Assembly (NCBI RefSeq): GCF_963921235.1
Contig: NC_086106.1
Span: forward strand, 26,908,001 to 26,972,000
DNA: 64,000 nt
DNA from: Mobula hypostoma
Lineage: Eukaryota
Direction of reading: 5' to 3'
Part shown: positions 63,094 to 64,000 of the stretch, in pieces
Numbering within the stretch: position 1 is the stretch's first letter
Layout: the number at the start of each line of letters is the position of its first letter
Position numbers and translations under genes: made by a program
The notes under the pieces: model-generated
Databases searched by the model: none
Told to the model about the DNA's origin: nothing
What the model saw: the letters and a program-made list of their open reading frames with translations, nothing else

Positions 63094-63591
63094 CACATCA
63101 TGAAGTGCTTTTTCTTCGCAAATATCCACGAAAACAGAGAAGTGCCCCAAGAATGAACGACAGTTAAACGTGTGAACCCCAAAGTCCCCAGCCTCCCCGC
63201 CCCCGCGCGTAAGCGGCAGCGAGCAACAATCCCCCTCCCCCACCAGCAAAAAAACACGCACATCGGTACAATCACCCAGCCAGACCAAAGTTACCACAGA
63301 GTCTTTGCATTTCTTCCGAAATTCCATAACCCACAGATTATTTCTCTCCCTGGCAAGAGAAAGGGAGGTTTTCCCCATTTTCACAACCAGCGGGAGACAT
63401 TACAACATACCGCTGGTTTGCCATTTTCAAAGGCCATATCGTCGCTTTTTTCCGAGCTCTGTGCCGGAAGATCGCAAAGGCCTTCGAGTCTTCCGACCCA
63501 CAGCGAATGATTTTCCGGCCTCCCCGACGACACACGCCTCGCCTGCCGTGACACCGACTCCAGATCCTCTCGTCTCCAGAGCCCCAAGATC

Positions 63592-63845
63592 TTAGACCAT
63601 AAGACCATAAGGTTTAGGAGCAGAAGTAGGCCAATCTGCCCATCGAGCCTGCTCCACCATTCAATCATGGGCTGATCCACTTCACCCCGTGATCCGCACT
63701 CCCTTACTTTCACACTATACCCTTTGATGCCCTGGTAATCAAGAACCTATCTATCTCGGCCTTAAATACACCCAATGACTAGGCATCCACAGCCGCTCGT
63801 GACAACAAATCCGACAGATTTACCACCATCTGACTAAAGTAAACT
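63592..63845 (-). mobile_element. CR1 3' end fragment
   Basis: (AGACCATA)n tail followed by taggagcagaagtaggcc..cccatcgagcctgctcc, like the CR1 ends at 11930 and 33051. Confidence 0.8.
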
Positions 63846-64000
63846 TAGGCTTCCGAACACAATCAAGATTCTCAGACCAAACCTTTAACATGTCCAATAG
63901 CGGCCAGTCGCTGAACCCCGAGAACGAGTCCCATTCCCGCAACAGAACCGAAGCCTGCGTGTAACTACAGGTCAGGGTCTTCAAAGGAACCCTGAAAGGA

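Overview
Repeat-rich genomic DNA from a cartilaginous fish (elasmobranch, probably a ray or skate; the species cannot be fixed from sequence alone). The only host gene with intact exons is one IgM heavy-chain cluster on the + strand at about 48.9-57.3 kb, in the shark-type multicluster layout: leader, VH with 23-RSS, D1 with 12/22-RSS, a D2-RSS fused directly to the 3' half of a JH, then Cmu2, Cmu3, Cmu4 plus secretory tail, TM1 and TM2. No Cmu1 exon is detectable, and the J has lost its RSS and WG motif. The V carries Trp41->Leu. In contrast, every remaining constant, secretory and membrane exon is open with intact splice sites. A near-consensus orphan 12-RSS lies about 340 bp upstream of the leader. 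A GPR139-like GPCR pseudogene sits at about 2.0-4.4 kb. The rest is mostly transposon debris: CR1 LINEs (one young and nearly full length), Rex/Babar and RTE-type LINEs, tRNA-SINEs, four solo LTRs, a Gypsy integrase relic, Penelope-type ends with minimal hammerhead ribozymes, a palindromic Tc1 derivative and a Sleeping Beauty-type IR/DR end. All family assignments come from recalled motifs and were not confirmed by database search.
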